Positions 12,817 to 22,962 of a DNA stretch of 64,000 nt are shown piece by piece. The DNA comes from a phage: sequence record PZ179880.1; one strand, given 5' to 3'. The notes under the pieces were generated by a model. The model saw only the letters and a program-made list of their open reading frames with translations. It did no database searches and had not been told where the DNA came from. Position 1 is the first letter of the stretch, and the number at the start of each line of letters is the position of its first letter. A program made the position numbers and the translations under genes.

Positions 12817-14232
12817 TTATGGATAGGTATAGATGATACCAGTTTCTAAAGCAGTTTTATGAATGATGTATCCATTACGTGATTCTTGAACATCGACTTC
12901 TGGATAGTCTTTCATCATCTTCTGAAGAGTGTAACGATGCAGGTAGTATTTACTATCTGGATCTTCAGTTTTCCAATCTTTACCTTCTTCGGTCATTTTT
13001 TGGATTTCATCCATAACCCACCAACCGCACCAGATATAAGCTGAAGTACGATGTGGAAGAGGATGAACATAAGGCAATTCACCTTCTGGTTCTGGAGCAA
13101 CTTTAGCCGTGACTGTTACATTACCAGTTTTGGTAACGGTTACAGGGTTATAATCTGCAGCAGATACAACAACAGAAACGCCAATCACTTGGGACCCTAT
13201 ATCAGACGTGTCAATCGCTAAAGTGCTAGTAGAACCTTCTACAGGAGAACCATCTTTGGTCCATGAATAAGCTACAGATGCTCCTGCCGGCGCTCCAGTA
13301 ACATCGGCTTTAAAAGATGCTTCTGCTCCTTTTTCAGTGGTAATTGAACTAGGCGTCAGAGTAACAGAAACGGCTCCCATAGTCTTTTTAGTAAAAACAA
13401 CCTCAATACCGTTAGTCGCAGTAGCTGGGTTATAATTTGATGCAGAAACCGTTACTTCACAATTCAATGTGTAATTAGCTTCTGCGGGTTCAGTTATGGT
13501 AATTGTTTTAGCAGTCTGACCTTCAATAACGGCAGTATCACGTTTCCAAACATAAGCGATACTTGCACCTTCTGGAGCACCAACAACGTTAGCTGTAACT
13601 ACCTGAGACTGCCCAATCTCTTTGGAAACAGAAGTCGGGCTCAAAGTAACCGAAACACCGCTCATGGTCTTTTTAATAAAAGCAACAGCAATGCCTTTAG
13701 TTGCAGTTCCATTATTATAGTCTGGAGCAGAAACCGTTACTTCACAATTCAATGTGTAGCTGGTTTCCGTCGATTCAGTCAAGGTAATTGTTTTACCAGT
13801 TTGACCGGAAATAACAGAAGAGCCACGTTTCCAAACATAAGCAATGCTTGCTCCTGACGGTGCGCCAGTAACATCAGCTGTGACTACCTGAGATTGACCA
13901 ACTTCCTTAGAAACAGAAGTCGGGCTCAAGGTTAAAGTAATTGCAGGCATAGTTTTGTTCTGAACGGTCAGAGTGGTTTCTGCCTCAGCAGTTTCTGCCG
14001 CACCCTCTGCTGGGGTAACAGTAGCAACTACTTTAACAGTCTTACTACCTGCAGGTCCTGCAGCAACATAATTCATAGCTGCGGTGACAGAAGATTGTTT
14101 TACGCCGTTTACTGTCCACACAAACGTTTCTGTGCCTTCAGCTGCGGCACCAGAAGTTGTTGCAGTAAAATTGGTTGTTGCTCCAATGACTGCCGAAGCG
14201 GCCAAAGGAGCAATAGATACGCTATAAGCCAT
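12817..14232 (-). CDS. hoc: Highly antigenic outer capsid protein Hoc, four Ig-like domains
   Basis: 471-aa ORF; C-terminal capsid-binding region matches recalled T4 Hoc; four ~95-aa Ig-like repeats where T4 Hoc (376 aa) has three. Confidence 0.9.
   Translation of the reverse strand: MAYSVSIAPLAASAVIGATTNFTATTSGAAAEGTETFVWTVNGVKQSSVTAAMNYVAAGPAGSKTVKVVATVTPAEGAAETAEAETTLTVQNKTMPAITLTLSPTSVSKEVGQSQVVTADVTGAPSGASIAYVWKRGSSVISGQTGKTITLTESTETSYTLNCEVTVSAPDYNNGTATKGIAVAFIKKTMSGVSVTLSPTSVSKEIGQSQVVTANVVGAPEGASIAYVWKRDTAVIEGQTAKTITITEPAEANYTLNCEVTVSASNYNPATATNGIEVVFTKKTMGAVSVTLTPSSITTEKGAEASFKADVTGAPAGASVAYSWTKDGSPVEGSTSTLAIDTSDIGSQVIGVSVVVSAADYNPVTVTKTGNVTVTAKVAPEPEGELPYVHPLPHRTSAYIWCGWWVMDEIQKMTEEGKDWKTEDPDSKYYLHRYTLQKMMKDYPEVDVQESRNGYIIHKTALETGIIYTYP
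13384..13953 (-). repeat. Tandem direct repeat (2 x ~285 bp) encoding near-identical Ig-like domains within hoc
   Basis: Protein segments aa 94-188 and 189-283 of Hoc are highly similar (SPTSVSKE[VI]GQSQVVTA...NCEVTVSA...KKTM); a third, more diverged copy lies at 13099..13383. Confidence 0.8.
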
Positions 14233-14241
14233 AGGTGTTCC

Positions 14242-14922
14242 TTATTTTAATGTTACGAAAGAAGAATTACGTGTTTCACGAATTAGAACTGATCCGTCGC
14301 GATTAATGTAATAAATTAAGCTAAATAAAGTTTGGTGCGCAGACGCATGTTCAAAACTAGTTGGGTGAGATTTCCAATCTGGAGTTTCAGCAATCCATTG
14401 GTAAATCCACCAAGGAACAGTGCAGAATCCTGGATTTTTTCCAATCAGCTGAAGATTTGGGCTAAAGTTTTCCGGAAGAGTAAATACAGGCGGCTTTTCA
14501 GATTCAATAATCTCAGCTACAGCCTGCTCGAATTTTTCTTCAACAAAAGGAGTATCTTCAATCAAAACATCGGTATTTTCAGGAATTTTATCCGTTTCTA
14601 CTACTTCAATTTTAATGTCAGATTTAACCGGAGAATCAATCAGAAGTGCTGCCTCTGGATTGACTTCTTCATCGTCATATTTTAACCCCTCTGCAGCATC
14701 AGCAGCATTGATTAAGTCTTTAATAGATAACCCATCAGTCTCTGGCATAGGTTCACTAGCGAGCTTCTGGAGGGCTTCTTCAATATCATTAACGATATTA
14801 TCAAAAGATTTATTCTTTTTGACCTTTATACCAAACTGTTCAGCATATTCAGCTAATTTAGCCTTAGCTTCTTTATTATCATCAAGAGCCTTCAGCTCTG
14901 CAATATAATCTTTATCTATCAT
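14242..14922 (-). CDS. inh: Inhibitor of prohead protease (Inh)
   Basis: 226-aa ORF at the T4 inh position between hoc and uvsW. Confidence 0.8.
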   Translation of the reverse strand: MIDKDYIAELKALDDNKEAKAKLAEYAEQFGIKVKKNKSFDNIVNDIEEALQKLASEPMPETDGLSIKDLINAADAAEGLKYDDEEVNPEAALLIDSPVKSDIKIEVVETDKIPENTDVLIEDTPFVEEKFEQAVAEIIESEKPPVFTLPENFSPNLQLIGKNPGFCTVPWWIYQWIAETPDWKSHPTSFEHASAHQTLFSLIYYINRDGSVLIRETRNSSFVTLK

Positions 14923-14935
14923 AATATTTCCTCAG

Positions 14936-14943
14936 TATAAATA
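14936..14943 (+). promoter_or_regulatory. T4-type late promoter for uvsW
   Basis: Exact TATAAATA ~30 nt upstream of the uvsW ATG. Confidence 0.65.
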
Positions 14944-14972
14944 TAGATATATTTATTACATGGTATTTAGAC

Positions 14973-16484
14973 ATGACTGACATTAAAGTACATTTTTATG
15001 ATTTTAGTCACGTGAGAATTGATTGTGAAGAAAGTACATTTCATGAACTCCGTGATTTCTTTAGCTTTGAAGCCGATGGGTATCGTTTTAATCCAAAGTA
15101 CAAATATGGTCACTGGGATGGACGAATCCGTCTTTTAGATTATAATCGTCTTCTTCCATTCGGCTTAGTCGGGCAAATTAAAAAGTTCTGCGATAACTTT
15201 GGCTATAAAGCCTGGATTGACCCACAGATTAACGAAAAAGAAGAATTATCAAGAAAAGATTTTGATGAATGGCTTTCTAAATTAGAAATCTATTCAGGAA
15301 ATAAAAGAATTGAACCGCATTGGTATCAAAAAGATGCAGTATTCGAAGGATTAGTTAATCGTCGTAGAATTCTTAATCTTCCAACATCCGCAGGTAAATC
15401 TTTAATTCAAGCTTTGCTTGCTCGGTATTATTTGGAAAATTATGAAGGTAAAATTCTTATCATTGTTCCAACAACTGCTCTGACAACTCAGATGGCTGAT
15501 GACTTTGTTGACTATCGTTTATTCAGTCATGCAATGATAAAGAAAATTGGCGGTGGAGCATCAAAAGATGATAAATATAAAAATGATGCACCAGTCGTTG
15601 TTGGTACATGGCAAACTGTAGTAAAACAACCAAAAGAATGGTTCTCACAGTTTGGAATGATGATGAATGATGAATGCCATCTTGCTACAGGAAAAAGTAT
15701 TTCATCTATCATATCAGGTTTAAATAACTGTATGTTTAAATTTGGTTTGTCTGGTTCATTGCGCGATGGCAAAGCTAATATAATGCAGTATGTTGGAATG
15801 TTTGGTGAAATATTTAAGCCAGTAACGACTTCTAAATTGATGGAAGATGGACAAGTAACTGAGCTAAAAATTAATAGTATTTTTCTTCGCTATCCCGATG
15901 AGTTCACTACTAAATTAAAGGGAAAAACTTACCAAGAAGAAATAAAAATTATTACTGGACTCAGTAAAAGAAATAAATGGATCGCTAAATTAGCTATTAA
16001 ACTTGCGCAAAAAGATGAAAACGCTTTTGTCATGTTTAAGCATGTATCACATGGTAAAGCTATTTTCGATTTAATTAAAAATGAATACGATAAAGTTTAT
16101 TACGTATCAGGGGAAGTTGATACTGAAACACGCAACGTAATGAAAACCTTAGCTGAAAACGGTAAAGGAATAATTATAGTAGCTAGTTATGGTGTATTTT
16201 CTACTGGTATTTCAGTTAAAAATCTGCATCACGTTGTTTTAGCGCACGGTGTTAAATCTAAAATTATTGTATTGCAAACAATAGGTCGCGTATTACGTAA
16301 GCATGGTTCTAAAACAATCGCAACGGTCTGGGACCTCATAGATGATTGTGGTGTTAAGCCAAAATCTGCTAATACGAAAAAGAAATACGTTCATTTGAAC
16401 TATCTTTTAAAACACGGCATTGATCGTATTCAGCGCTACGCAGATGAAAAATTTAATTACGTAATGAAAACAGTTAATTTATAA
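14973..16484 (+). CDS. uvsW: UvsW DNA/RNA helicase (SF2)
   Basis: 503-aa ORF; Walker A LPTSAGKS and DEAD-like MNDECH motifs; T4 UvsW length; late promoter upstream. Confidence 0.93.
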   Translation: MTDIKVHFYDFSHVRIDCEESTFHELRDFFSFEADGYRFNPKYKYGHWDGRIRLLDYNRLLPFGLVGQIKKFCDNFGYKAWIDPQINEKEELSRKDFDEWLSKLEIYSGNKRIEPHWYQKDAVFEGLVNRRRILNLPTSAGKSLIQALLARYYLENYEGKILIIVPTTALTTQMADDFVDYRLFSHAMIKKIGGGASKDDKYKNDAPVVVGTWQTVVKQPKEWFSQFGMMMNDECHLATGKSISSIISGLNNCMFKFGLSGSLRDGKANIMQYVGMFGEIFKPVTTSKLMEDGQVTELKINSIFLRYPDEFTTKLKGKTYQEEIKIITGLSKRNKWIAKLAIKLAQKDENAFVMFKHVSHGKAIFDLIKNEYDKVYYVSGEVDTETRNVMKTLAENGKGIIIVASYGVFSTGISVKNLHHVVLAHGVKSKIIVLQTIGRVLRKHGSKTIATVWDLIDDCGVKPKSANTKKKYVHLNYLLKHGIDRIQRYADEKFNYVMKTVNL

Positions 16485-16497
16485 GGGCTTCGGCCCT
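16484..16497 (+). terminator. Hairpin between uvsW and uvsW.1 (terminator or RNA stability element)
   Basis: AGGGC-TTCG-GCCCT directly after the uvsW stop and overlapping the uvsW.1 RBS region. Confidence 0.5.
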
Positions 16498-16509
16498 TTG
16501 GAGAAAAAG

Positions 16510-16740
16510 ATGTTACTAGAATTTAAACAATTTCTTTATGAAGCTTCTATTGATGAATTTATGGGTAAAATTGCCTCTTGTCAAACATTAGAAGGTCTAG
16601 AAGAACTTGAAGCTTATTATAAGAAAAGAGTTAAAGAAACTGAATTAAAAGATACTGATGACATCTCTGTGAGAGATGCTTTGGCAGGAAAAAGAGCTGA
16701 ATTAGAAGATTCAGACGATGAAGTAGAAGAAAGCTTTTAA
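16510..16740 (+). CDS. uvsW.1: UvsW.1 small acidic protein
   Basis: ORF track opens at TTG 16498; ATG at 16510 after GGAGAAAAAG gives 76 aa, the T4 UvsW.1 length. Confidence 0.85.
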   Translation: MLLEFKQFLYEASIDEFMGKIASCQTLEGLEELEAYYKKRVKETELKDTDDISVRDALAGKRAELEDSDDEVEESF

Positions 16741-16795
16741 ATTAAAAAAGGCCCAACCAAAAAGGAAGGGCCAAAACTATAGACTAAAGGTCACA

Positions 16796-16963
16796 CTATA
16801 GCAAAAGTTGTGTTTCATTTAATTGTTCTTCAGAACTTTCTGAAACTGGTAGTTCTTTAATGTAATTATAACAAGGCCCAGGATGTACAGGACCTTTGTC
16901 TGTTTCAACAACCAATGCAGAATCGATTGGAGTTTTACAGACAACACAAATCTTATCTGACAT
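16796..16963 (-). CDS. uvsY.-2: Small Cys-containing protein (zinc-ribbon-like), T4 uvsY.-2 position
   Basis: 55-aa ORF read by hand (below the ORF-track size cut-off): MSDKICVVCKTPIDSALVVETDKGPVHPGPCYNY...; three Cys; sits between a terminator hairpin and uvsY.-1. Confidence 0.6.
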   Translation of the reverse strand: MSDKICVVCKTPIDSALVVETDKGPVHPGPCYNYIKELPVSESSEEQLNETQLLL

Positions 16964-17003
16964 GATTGTCTCCTCTAAATTATATATCTATTTATATAAC
17001 TAT

Positions 17004-17228
17004 TTATATAACTCTCATATGCATATCAATACCCATATCTTTAGAATAAAAATATTCATCAAGATATCCGGCAAATTTTCCTTTAATATAAAGTACATCT
17101 TCACCGCATGGGTGGTCGGCCAGGATACGAATATCCTGACGCTTGAGATTATACTTTTTCATTAAGAATTGAATTTCCGTTTCGAATTCTTCTTCATAAT
17201 TAAAAGCATCATCAATGCTATATCTCAT
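17004..17228 (-). CDS. uvsY.-1: Hypothetical protein (T4 uvsY.-1 position)
   Basis: 74-aa ORF immediately downstream of uvsY, co-oriented. Confidence 0.75.
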   Translation of the reverse strand: MRYSIDDAFNYEEEFETEIQFLMKKYNLKRQDIRILADHPCGEDVLYIKGKFAGYLDEYFYSKDMGIDMHMRVI

Positions 17229-17641
17229 TATTTTCCAGCCTCAAATGCTCGCATGTCTTGAATATGCTTAATAGCAAATCCACGTGATTTAATAGCATCA
17301 AGAGCTCCGCTACAGAAATCCAATAAAATTCCCCAATATTGTAATGAAGTATCAACTTTTAAAACATCCTTATCAGCTGATAGAACTGTCTTCATTTCTG
17401 ACTTCTCATAACGATCCATACTAAATTCATCACCATCTCCTCGTCCCGAGTAGTAGTCTAATTTAGCTTTAAGAGCAACTTTTTTCTGTGCGTCAATTCT
17501 AAGCATTTCCTTTTTAATACTTGAATGCTTATTAAGCCATTTACTATATAACATCACATTATTAGCTGCTTCATACTGTAATTTAGTCGAATCTATAAAC
17601 ACATCTTTCTTCAATTCTTCTTGAAGATCTTCTAATTTCAT
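17228..17641 (-). CDS. uvsY: Recombination mediator UvsY
   Basis: 137-aa ORF, T4 UvsY length and position upstream of gene 25. Confidence 0.92.
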   Translation of the reverse strand: MKLEDLQEELKKDVFIDSTKLQYEAANNVMLYSKWLNKHSSIKKEMLRIDAQKKVALKAKLDYYSGRGDGDEFSMDRYEKSEMKTVLSADKDVLKVDTSLQYWGILLDFCSGALDAIKSRGFAIKHIQDMRAFEAGK

Positions 17642-17707
17642 GTTGTTCTCTATTCAATTGTTATTGGATGGACTTAGATTCATTATACCACGTTTATACG
17701 TGAAGCA

Positions 17708-18106
17708 TTATACTCTGTTACTGGAAGCCAGTTGCAGTTTTATCTGCTCAATATCATCAGGGTTATCGATGACCGAAAAGCGTATTTCTACTATCAGAGT
17801 ATAATCATCATAAACTGGTATTACATTAACTGCTAATTTATTAATACGTGGCTCGTAGTTTCTTACTGCGCTTTCGATGTTACGCTCAACTGTATCAGCA
17901 GTAAGAGGAGTCATATTCTCAAAAAGTTGATCAGATAAATCACATCCAAATTCTGGGTCAAAAGGTCTCGACCCCTTTCTGGTTGTAATAATTCCTAAAA
18001 GACTGTTTTTAATTGACCTTAATCCAAGAGATCTGGAAACGTCTTTGTCCCAATCCATTTTCATTTCTGGGTCAATGTCAGAATAAAGTTTATTAATATT
18101 TGCCAT
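17708..18106 (-). CDS. 25: Baseplate wedge protein gp25
   Basis: 132-aa ORF, T4 gp25 length and position. Confidence 0.92.
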   Translation of the reverse strand: MANINKLYSDIDPEMKMDWDKDVSRSLGLRSIKNSLLGIITTRKGSRPFDPEFGCDLSDQLFENMTPLTADTVERNIESAVRNYEPRINKLAVNVIPVYDDYTLIVEIRFSVIDNPDDIEQIKLQLASSNRV

Positions 18107-18732
18107 TACAATAGCTCAAAGAATTCTTTGAGTCCTCTTATTACATGAGCGTGAGATTTTCCACACTCTGGACACTTAATTGGAACAGCCAAATAAACAG
18201 TAGGCTTTAAAAGCATATCTTTTATAGCTACAATATCTGACTCTGTGATGATAGAATATAAATCTTCCAGTTCCTTTTCATTTAAGTCTTCAACTGGAAT
18301 GCTTTCCCCGTTAGCATGAATCGTTTCTATGCATGATACTATCATATGGGCTATATTTTTATCATCAAAAATTTTAGGGTAATGGAACTTAATTTTAATG
18401 TCACCCAGTGTATACCAGAGGTCTTCTGGTGCATCTATTTGTGTATGTAATAGATTTATATGGGTTGGTATTTCAGTTCCACAGGTGCACTTCCAGGAGT
18501 TTTCGTGATTAACTTCTCCAAGAGAATGCGCCCATAAATGAATCAACAAGAGTTCTGATTCTTGGCGGTTTAAATCTTTTGCATTTGTACAGTCTTTGAT
18601 TAGCTTTTTAACGATCTCTTCTACTGAACCATTCTTTTTAGCAGTAATAAGTTCTAGATATTCTTTAAGAGTAAATGCGCGACAGTTGATTATTTTAGAA
18701 CCAACTCTCACATCAAATTTGTATTCATACAT
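18106..18732 (-). CDS. 26: Baseplate hub protein gp26
   Basis: 208-aa ORF, T4 gp26 length; divergent from gene 51 across a promoter region. Confidence 0.9.
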   Translation of the reverse strand: MYEYKFDVRVGSKIINCRAFTLKEYLELITAKKNGSVEEIVKKLIKDCTNAKDLNRQESELLLIHLWAHSLGEVNHENSWKCTCGTEIPTHINLLHTQIDAPEDLWYTLGDIKIKFHYPKIFDDKNIAHMIVSCIETIHANGESIPVEDLNEKELEDLYSIITESDIVAIKDMLLKPTVYLAVPIKCPECGKSHAHVIRGLKEFFELL

Positions 18733-18753
18733 ATTTAGCTCCTTTATTTATCA

Positions 18754-18761
18754 TATTTATA
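18754..18761 (-). promoter_or_regulatory. T4-type late promoter for gene 26 (divergent, overlapping the gene 51 promoter)
   Basis: Reverse complement of plus-strand TATTTATA is TATAAATA on the minus strand, ~22 nt upstream of the gene 26 start. Confidence 0.6.
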
Positions 18762-18765
18762 AATA
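18758..18765 (+). promoter_or_regulatory. T4-type late promoter for gene 51
   Basis: TATAAATA within the palindromic TATTTATAAATA between divergent genes 26 and 51. Confidence 0.65.
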
Positions 18766-18782
18766 GAATAAAAGGAGCATCT

Positions 18783-19532
18783 ATGGCAAACATTATTCGT
18801 TGTAAATTACCAGATGGTGTTCATCGTTTTAAACCATTTACGGTAGAAGATTATCGAGATTTTTTGTTAGTTCGAAACGATATAGAACATCGGTCACCAC
18901 AAGAACAAAAAGAAATAATTGCTGATTTAATTGCCGATTATTTTGGAGACTATCCGAAGACTTGGCAACCATTTATATTTTTGCAGGTATTTGTAGGGTC
19001 AATAGGTAAAACTAAAGTACCGGTCACATTTGTATGTCCAAAATGTAAAAAAGAAAAGACGGTTCCATTTGAAATATATCAAAAAGAATTAAAGGAACCT
19101 GTTTTTGATGTAGCTAATGTTAAAATTAAATTAAAGTTTCCTTCTGAGTTTTATGAAAATAAAGCAAAGATGATTACTGAAAATATTCATTCTGTTCAAG
19201 TAGATGAAATATGGTATGATTGGAAGGAAATTAGTGAATCAAGTCAAATAGAACTTGTTGATGCCATCGAGATAGAAACATTAGAAAAAATTCTCGATGC
19301 AATGAATCCCATTAATTTAACATTGCATATGTCCTGCTGTGACAAGTATGTAAAAAAATACACTGATATAGTAGATGTGTTTAAGCTATTAGTTAACCCA
19401 GATGAGATATTTACTTTTTATCAAATTAATCACACACTTGTAAAAAGTAATTATAGCTTAAATTCAATAATGAAAATGATTCCTGCCGAGCGCGGATTCG
19501 TATTAAAACTGATTGAGAAGGATAAACAATAA
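18783..19532 (+). CDS. 51: Baseplate hub assembly protein gp51
   Basis: 249-aa ORF, T4 gp51 length; late promoter and AAGGAG RBS upstream. Confidence 0.9.
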   Translation: MANIIRCKLPDGVHRFKPFTVEDYRDFLLVRNDIEHRSPQEQKEIIADLIADYFGDYPKTWQPFIFLQVFVGSIGKTKVPVTFVCPKCKKEKTVPFEIYQKELKEPVFDVANVKIKLKFPSEFYENKAKMITENIHSVQVDEIWYDWKEISESSQIELVDAIEIETLEKILDAMNPINLTLHMSCCDKYVKKYTDIVDVFKLLVNPDEIFTFYQINHTLVKSNYSLNSIMKMIPAERGFVLKLIEKDKQ

Positions 19533-20707
19533 TGAGTATGTTGCAACGCCCAGGATATCCAAATCTCAGCGTTAAATTATTTGATAGCTACGACGCTTGG
19601 AGTAATAATAGATTTGTTGAATTAGCTGCTACTATTACCACATTAACTATGCGGGATTCTCTTTATGGCCGAAATGAAGGAATGCTGCAGTTTTATGATT
19701 CTAAAAACATTCATACAAAAATGGATGGAAATGAAATAATTCAGATTTCTGTAGCTAATGCAAACGATATTAATAATGTTAAAACAAGAATTTATGGATG
19801 TAAGCATTTTTCCGTATCAGTAGATTCAAAGGGTGATAACATCATTGCTATTGAATTGGGAACTATTCATTCTATAGAAAATCTTAAATTTGGTAGACCG
19901 TTTTTCCCTGATGCAGGTGAATCTATAAAGGAAATGCTTGGCGTCATTTATCAAGATCGCACATTATTAACTCCAGCAATAAATGCTATAAATGCTTATG
20001 TTCCTGATATTCCGTGGACTAGCACATTTGAAAACTATTTGTCATATGTCAGAGAAGTTGCTCTAGCTGTAGGAAGTGACAAATTTGTATTTGTATGGCA
20101 AGACATCATGGGAGTTAACATGATGGATTATGATATGATGATAAATCAAGAACCATATCCAATGATTGTCGGTGAGCCATCTTTAATAGGTCAATTCATC
20201 CAAGAATTAAAATATCCATTGGCATATGATTTCGTTTGGTTGACTAAATCGAATCCTCACAAACGTGACCCAATGAAAAACGCTACTATCTATGCTCATT
20301 CATTTTTAGATTCTTCATTGCCAATGATTACTACAGGAAAGGGCGAAAACTCTATTGTAGTGTCAAGGTCAGGTGCTTATTCTGAAATGACTTATAGGAA
20401 TGGATATGAAGAAGCTATTCGTCTTCAAACTATGGCGCAATACGATGGCTATGCTAAATGTTCTACTGTCGGTAATTTTAACTTGACACCTGGCGTTAAA
20501 ATTATTTTTAATGATAGTAAAAACCAATTTAAAACAGAATTTTACGTTGATGAAGTTATCCACGAATTATCCAATAATAATTCAGTAACTCATCTATATA
20601 TGTTCACTAATGCAACGAAACTGGAAACAATAGACCCAGTTAAGGTTAAAAATGAATTTAAATCTGATACTACCACTGAAGAAAGTAGTTCTTCCAATAA
20701 GCAATAA
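19532..20707 (+). CDS. 27: Baseplate hub protein gp27
   Basis: 391-aa ORF, T4 gp27 length; overlapping start with the 51 stop. Confidence 0.93.
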   Translation: MSMLQRPGYPNLSVKLFDSYDAWSNNRFVELAATITTLTMRDSLYGRNEGMLQFYDSKNIHTKMDGNEIIQISVANANDINNVKTRIYGCKHFSVSVDSKGDNIIAIELGTIHSIENLKFGRPFFPDAGESIKEMLGVIYQDRTLLTPAINAINAYVPDIPWTSTFENYLSYVREVALAVGSDKFVFVWQDIMGVNMMDYDMMINQEPYPMIVGEPSLIGQFIQELKYPLAYDFVWLTKSNPHKRDPMKNATIYAHSFLDSSLPMITTGKGENSIVVSRSGAYSEMTYRNGYEEAIRLQTMAQYDGYAKCSTVGNFNLTPGVKIIFNDSKNQFKTEFYVDEVIHELSNNNSVTHLYMFTNATKLETIDPVKVKNEFKSDTTTEESSSSNKQ

Positions 20708-21185
20708 AGAAGTTTCTATTCCTAAAATGGGTCTTAAACATTATAACATTTTAAAAGATGTTAAAGGTCCTGATGAAAATTTAAAACTTCTTATTGATTC
20801 TATTTGTCCGAATTTATCACCGGCAGAAGTTGATTTCGTTTCTATTCATTTATTGGAATTTAATGGAAAGATTAAATCTCGCAAAGAAATAGATGGTTAT
20901 ACTTATGACATTAATGATGTTTATGTATGCCAAAGATTGGAATTTCAATACCAAGGAAATACATTTTATTTTAGACCGCCTGGAAAATTTGAACAATTTT
21001 TAACTGTGAGCGATATGTTATCCAAATGCTTGCTTAAGGTCAATGATGAAGTTAAAGAAATTAATTTTCTTGAGATGCCAGCATTCGTTTTAAAATGGGC
21101 AAATGACATTTTTACAACTTTAGCAATTCCTGGCCCTAATGGTCCAATAACCGGAATTGGCAATATTATTGGATTATTTGAATGA
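20652..21185 (+). CDS. 28: Baseplate hub distal subunit gp28
   Basis: 177-aa ORF, T4 gp28 length; overlaps the 3-prime end of gene 27 in another frame. Confidence 0.88.
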   Translation: MNLNLILPLKKVVLPISNKEVSIPKMGLKHYNILKDVKGPDENLKLLIDSICPNLSPAEVDFVSIHLLEFNGKIKSRKEIDGYTYDINDVYVCQRLEFQYQGNTFYFRPPGKFEQFLTVSDMLSKCLLKVNDEVKEINFLEMPAFVLKWANDIFTTLAIPGPNGPITGIGNIIGLFE

Positions 21186-22954
21186 AAAAGCCACAAGAAA
21201 TGCAAACGATGCGTAGAAAAGTTATTTCAGATAATAAACCGACACAGGAAGCGGCTAAATCCGCTTCCAACACTTTATCTGGACTTAACGATATATCTAC
21301 GAAATTGGATGATGCTCAAGCTGCTTCTGAATTAATTGCTCAAACTGTCGAAGAAAAATCGAATGAAATAATTGGAGCAATTGACAATGTAGAAAGCGCA
21401 GTGAGTGATACTACTGCTGGTTCTGAGTTAATTGCTGAAACTGTTGAAATTGGCAACAATATTAATAAAGAAATCGGTGAATCGCTCGGGAGTAAATTAG
21501 ATAAATTAACGAGTTTATTAGAGCAAAAAATTCAGACAGCTGGAATTCAACAAACAGGAACCAGTTTAGCCACTGTTGAAAGCGCTATTCCTGTTAAAGT
21601 TGTTGAGGATGATACAGCTGAATCTGTGGGTCCTTTATTACCGGCTCCTGAAGCAGTTAATAATGATCCTGACGCTGATTTTTTCCCTACCCCTCAGCCA
21701 GTTGAACCTAAACAAGAATCACCAGAAGAAAAACAGAAAAAAGACGCATTTAACTTAAAATTATCTCAAGCTTTAGATAAATTAACAAAGACTGTTGATT
21801 TTGGATTTAAGAAATCCATTTCAATTACTGATAAAATATCAAGCATGCTATTTAAGTATACCGTCAGTGCTGCTATTGAAGCCGCTAAAATGACTGCAAT
21901 GATATTGGCTGTTGTTGTTGGAATAGATCTGCTGATGGTTCACTTTAAATATTGGTCAGATAAATTTTCGCAGGCTTGGGATTTGTTTAGTACAGACTTT
22001 ACTAAATTCTCTAGCGAAACCGGAACATGGGGTCCTTTATTACAGAGCATCTTTAGTTCTATTGATGAAATTAAAAAATTCTGGGAAGCGGGAGATTGGG
22101 GCGGTTTGACAGTAGCTATTGTAGAAGGACTTGGAAAGGTTCTTTATAATTTAGGTGAACTTATTCAACTTGGAATGGCTAAATTATCTGCTGCAATTCT
22201 TCGAGTCATTCCTGGAATGAAGGATACTGCTGATGAAGTAGAAGGAAGAGCACTAGAAAATTTCCAAAATTCTACTGGAGCATCTCTCAATAAAGAAGAC
22301 CAGGAAAAAGTTGCAAATTATCAAGATAAACGAATGAATGGAGACCTCGGTCCAATAGCAGAAGGACTAGATAAAATTGCGAACTGGAAAACTCGTGCAT
22401 CTAACTGGATTCGTGGTGTTGATAATAAAGAAGCACTAACTACCGACGAAGAACGTGCAGCGGAAGAAGAAAAATTAAAGCAACTTTCGCCGGAAGAAAG
22501 AAAAAATGCTTTAATGAAGGCTAATGAAGCTCGTGCCGCGATGATTCGCTTTGAAAAATATGCTGATTCAGCTGATATGAGTAAAGACTCAACGGTTAAA
22601 TCAGTTGAAGCTGCCTATGAAGACCTTAAAAAACGGATGGATGACCCGGATTTAAATAATTCACCGGCAGTTAAAAAAGAACTTGCTGCTAGATTTTCTA
22701 AAATTGATGCTACTTATCAAGAACTCAAGAAAAATCAGCCTAATGCCAAACCTGAAACTTCTGCTAAATCGCCAGAAGCAAAACAAGTCCAGGTTATTGA
22801 AAAGAACAAAGCACAACAAGCTCCTGTTCAACAAGCATCTCCTTCAATCAATAATACTAATAATGTTATTAAGAAAAATACTGTCGTTCATAATATGACA
22901 CCCGTAACGAGCACGACTGCTCCTGGTGTATTTGGCGCGACTGGAGTTAATTAA
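21182..22954 (+). CDS. 29: Tail tape-measure / baseplate hub protein gp29
   Basis: 590-aa ORF, T4 gp29 length; extended, low-complexity, coiled-coil-rich sequence. Confidence 0.92.
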   Translation: MKKPQEMQTMRRKVISDNKPTQEAAKSASNTLSGLNDISTKLDDAQAASELIAQTVEEKSNEIIGAIDNVESAVSDTTAGSELIAETVEIGNNINKEIGESLGSKLDKLTSLLEQKIQTAGIQQTGTSLATVESAIPVKVVEDDTAESVGPLLPAPEAVNNDPDADFFPTPQPVEPKQESPEEKQKKDAFNLKLSQALDKLTKTVDFGFKKSISITDKISSMLFKYTVSAAIEAAKMTAMILAVVVGIDLLMVHFKYWSDKFSQAWDLFSTDFTKFSSETGTWGPLLQSIFSSIDEIKKFWEAGDWGGLTVAIVEGLGKVLYNLGELIQLGMAKLSAAILRVIPGMKDTADEVEGRALENFQNSTGASLNKEDQEKVANYQDKRMNGDLGPIAEGLDKIANWKTRASNWIRGVDNKEALTTDEERAAEEEKLKQLSPEERKNALMKANEARAAMIRFEKYADSADMSKDSTVKSVEAAYEDLKKRMDDPDLNNSPAVKKELAARFSKIDATYQELKKNQPNAKPETSAKSPEAKQVQVIEKNKAQQAPVQQASPSINNTNNVIKKNTVVHNMTPVTSTTAPGVFGATGVN

Positions 22955-22962
22955 GGAATAAT

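Noticed and set aside
14332-14908. Two plus-strand ORFs (117 and 97 aa) overlapping inh
   Set aside because: Antisense to a well-supported gene and low complexity; judged spurious.
16896-17165. 89-aa plus-strand ORF overlapping uvsY.-1 and uvsY.-2
   Set aside because: Lies opposite two co-oriented minus-strand genes in a compact operon; AT-rich low-complexity translation.
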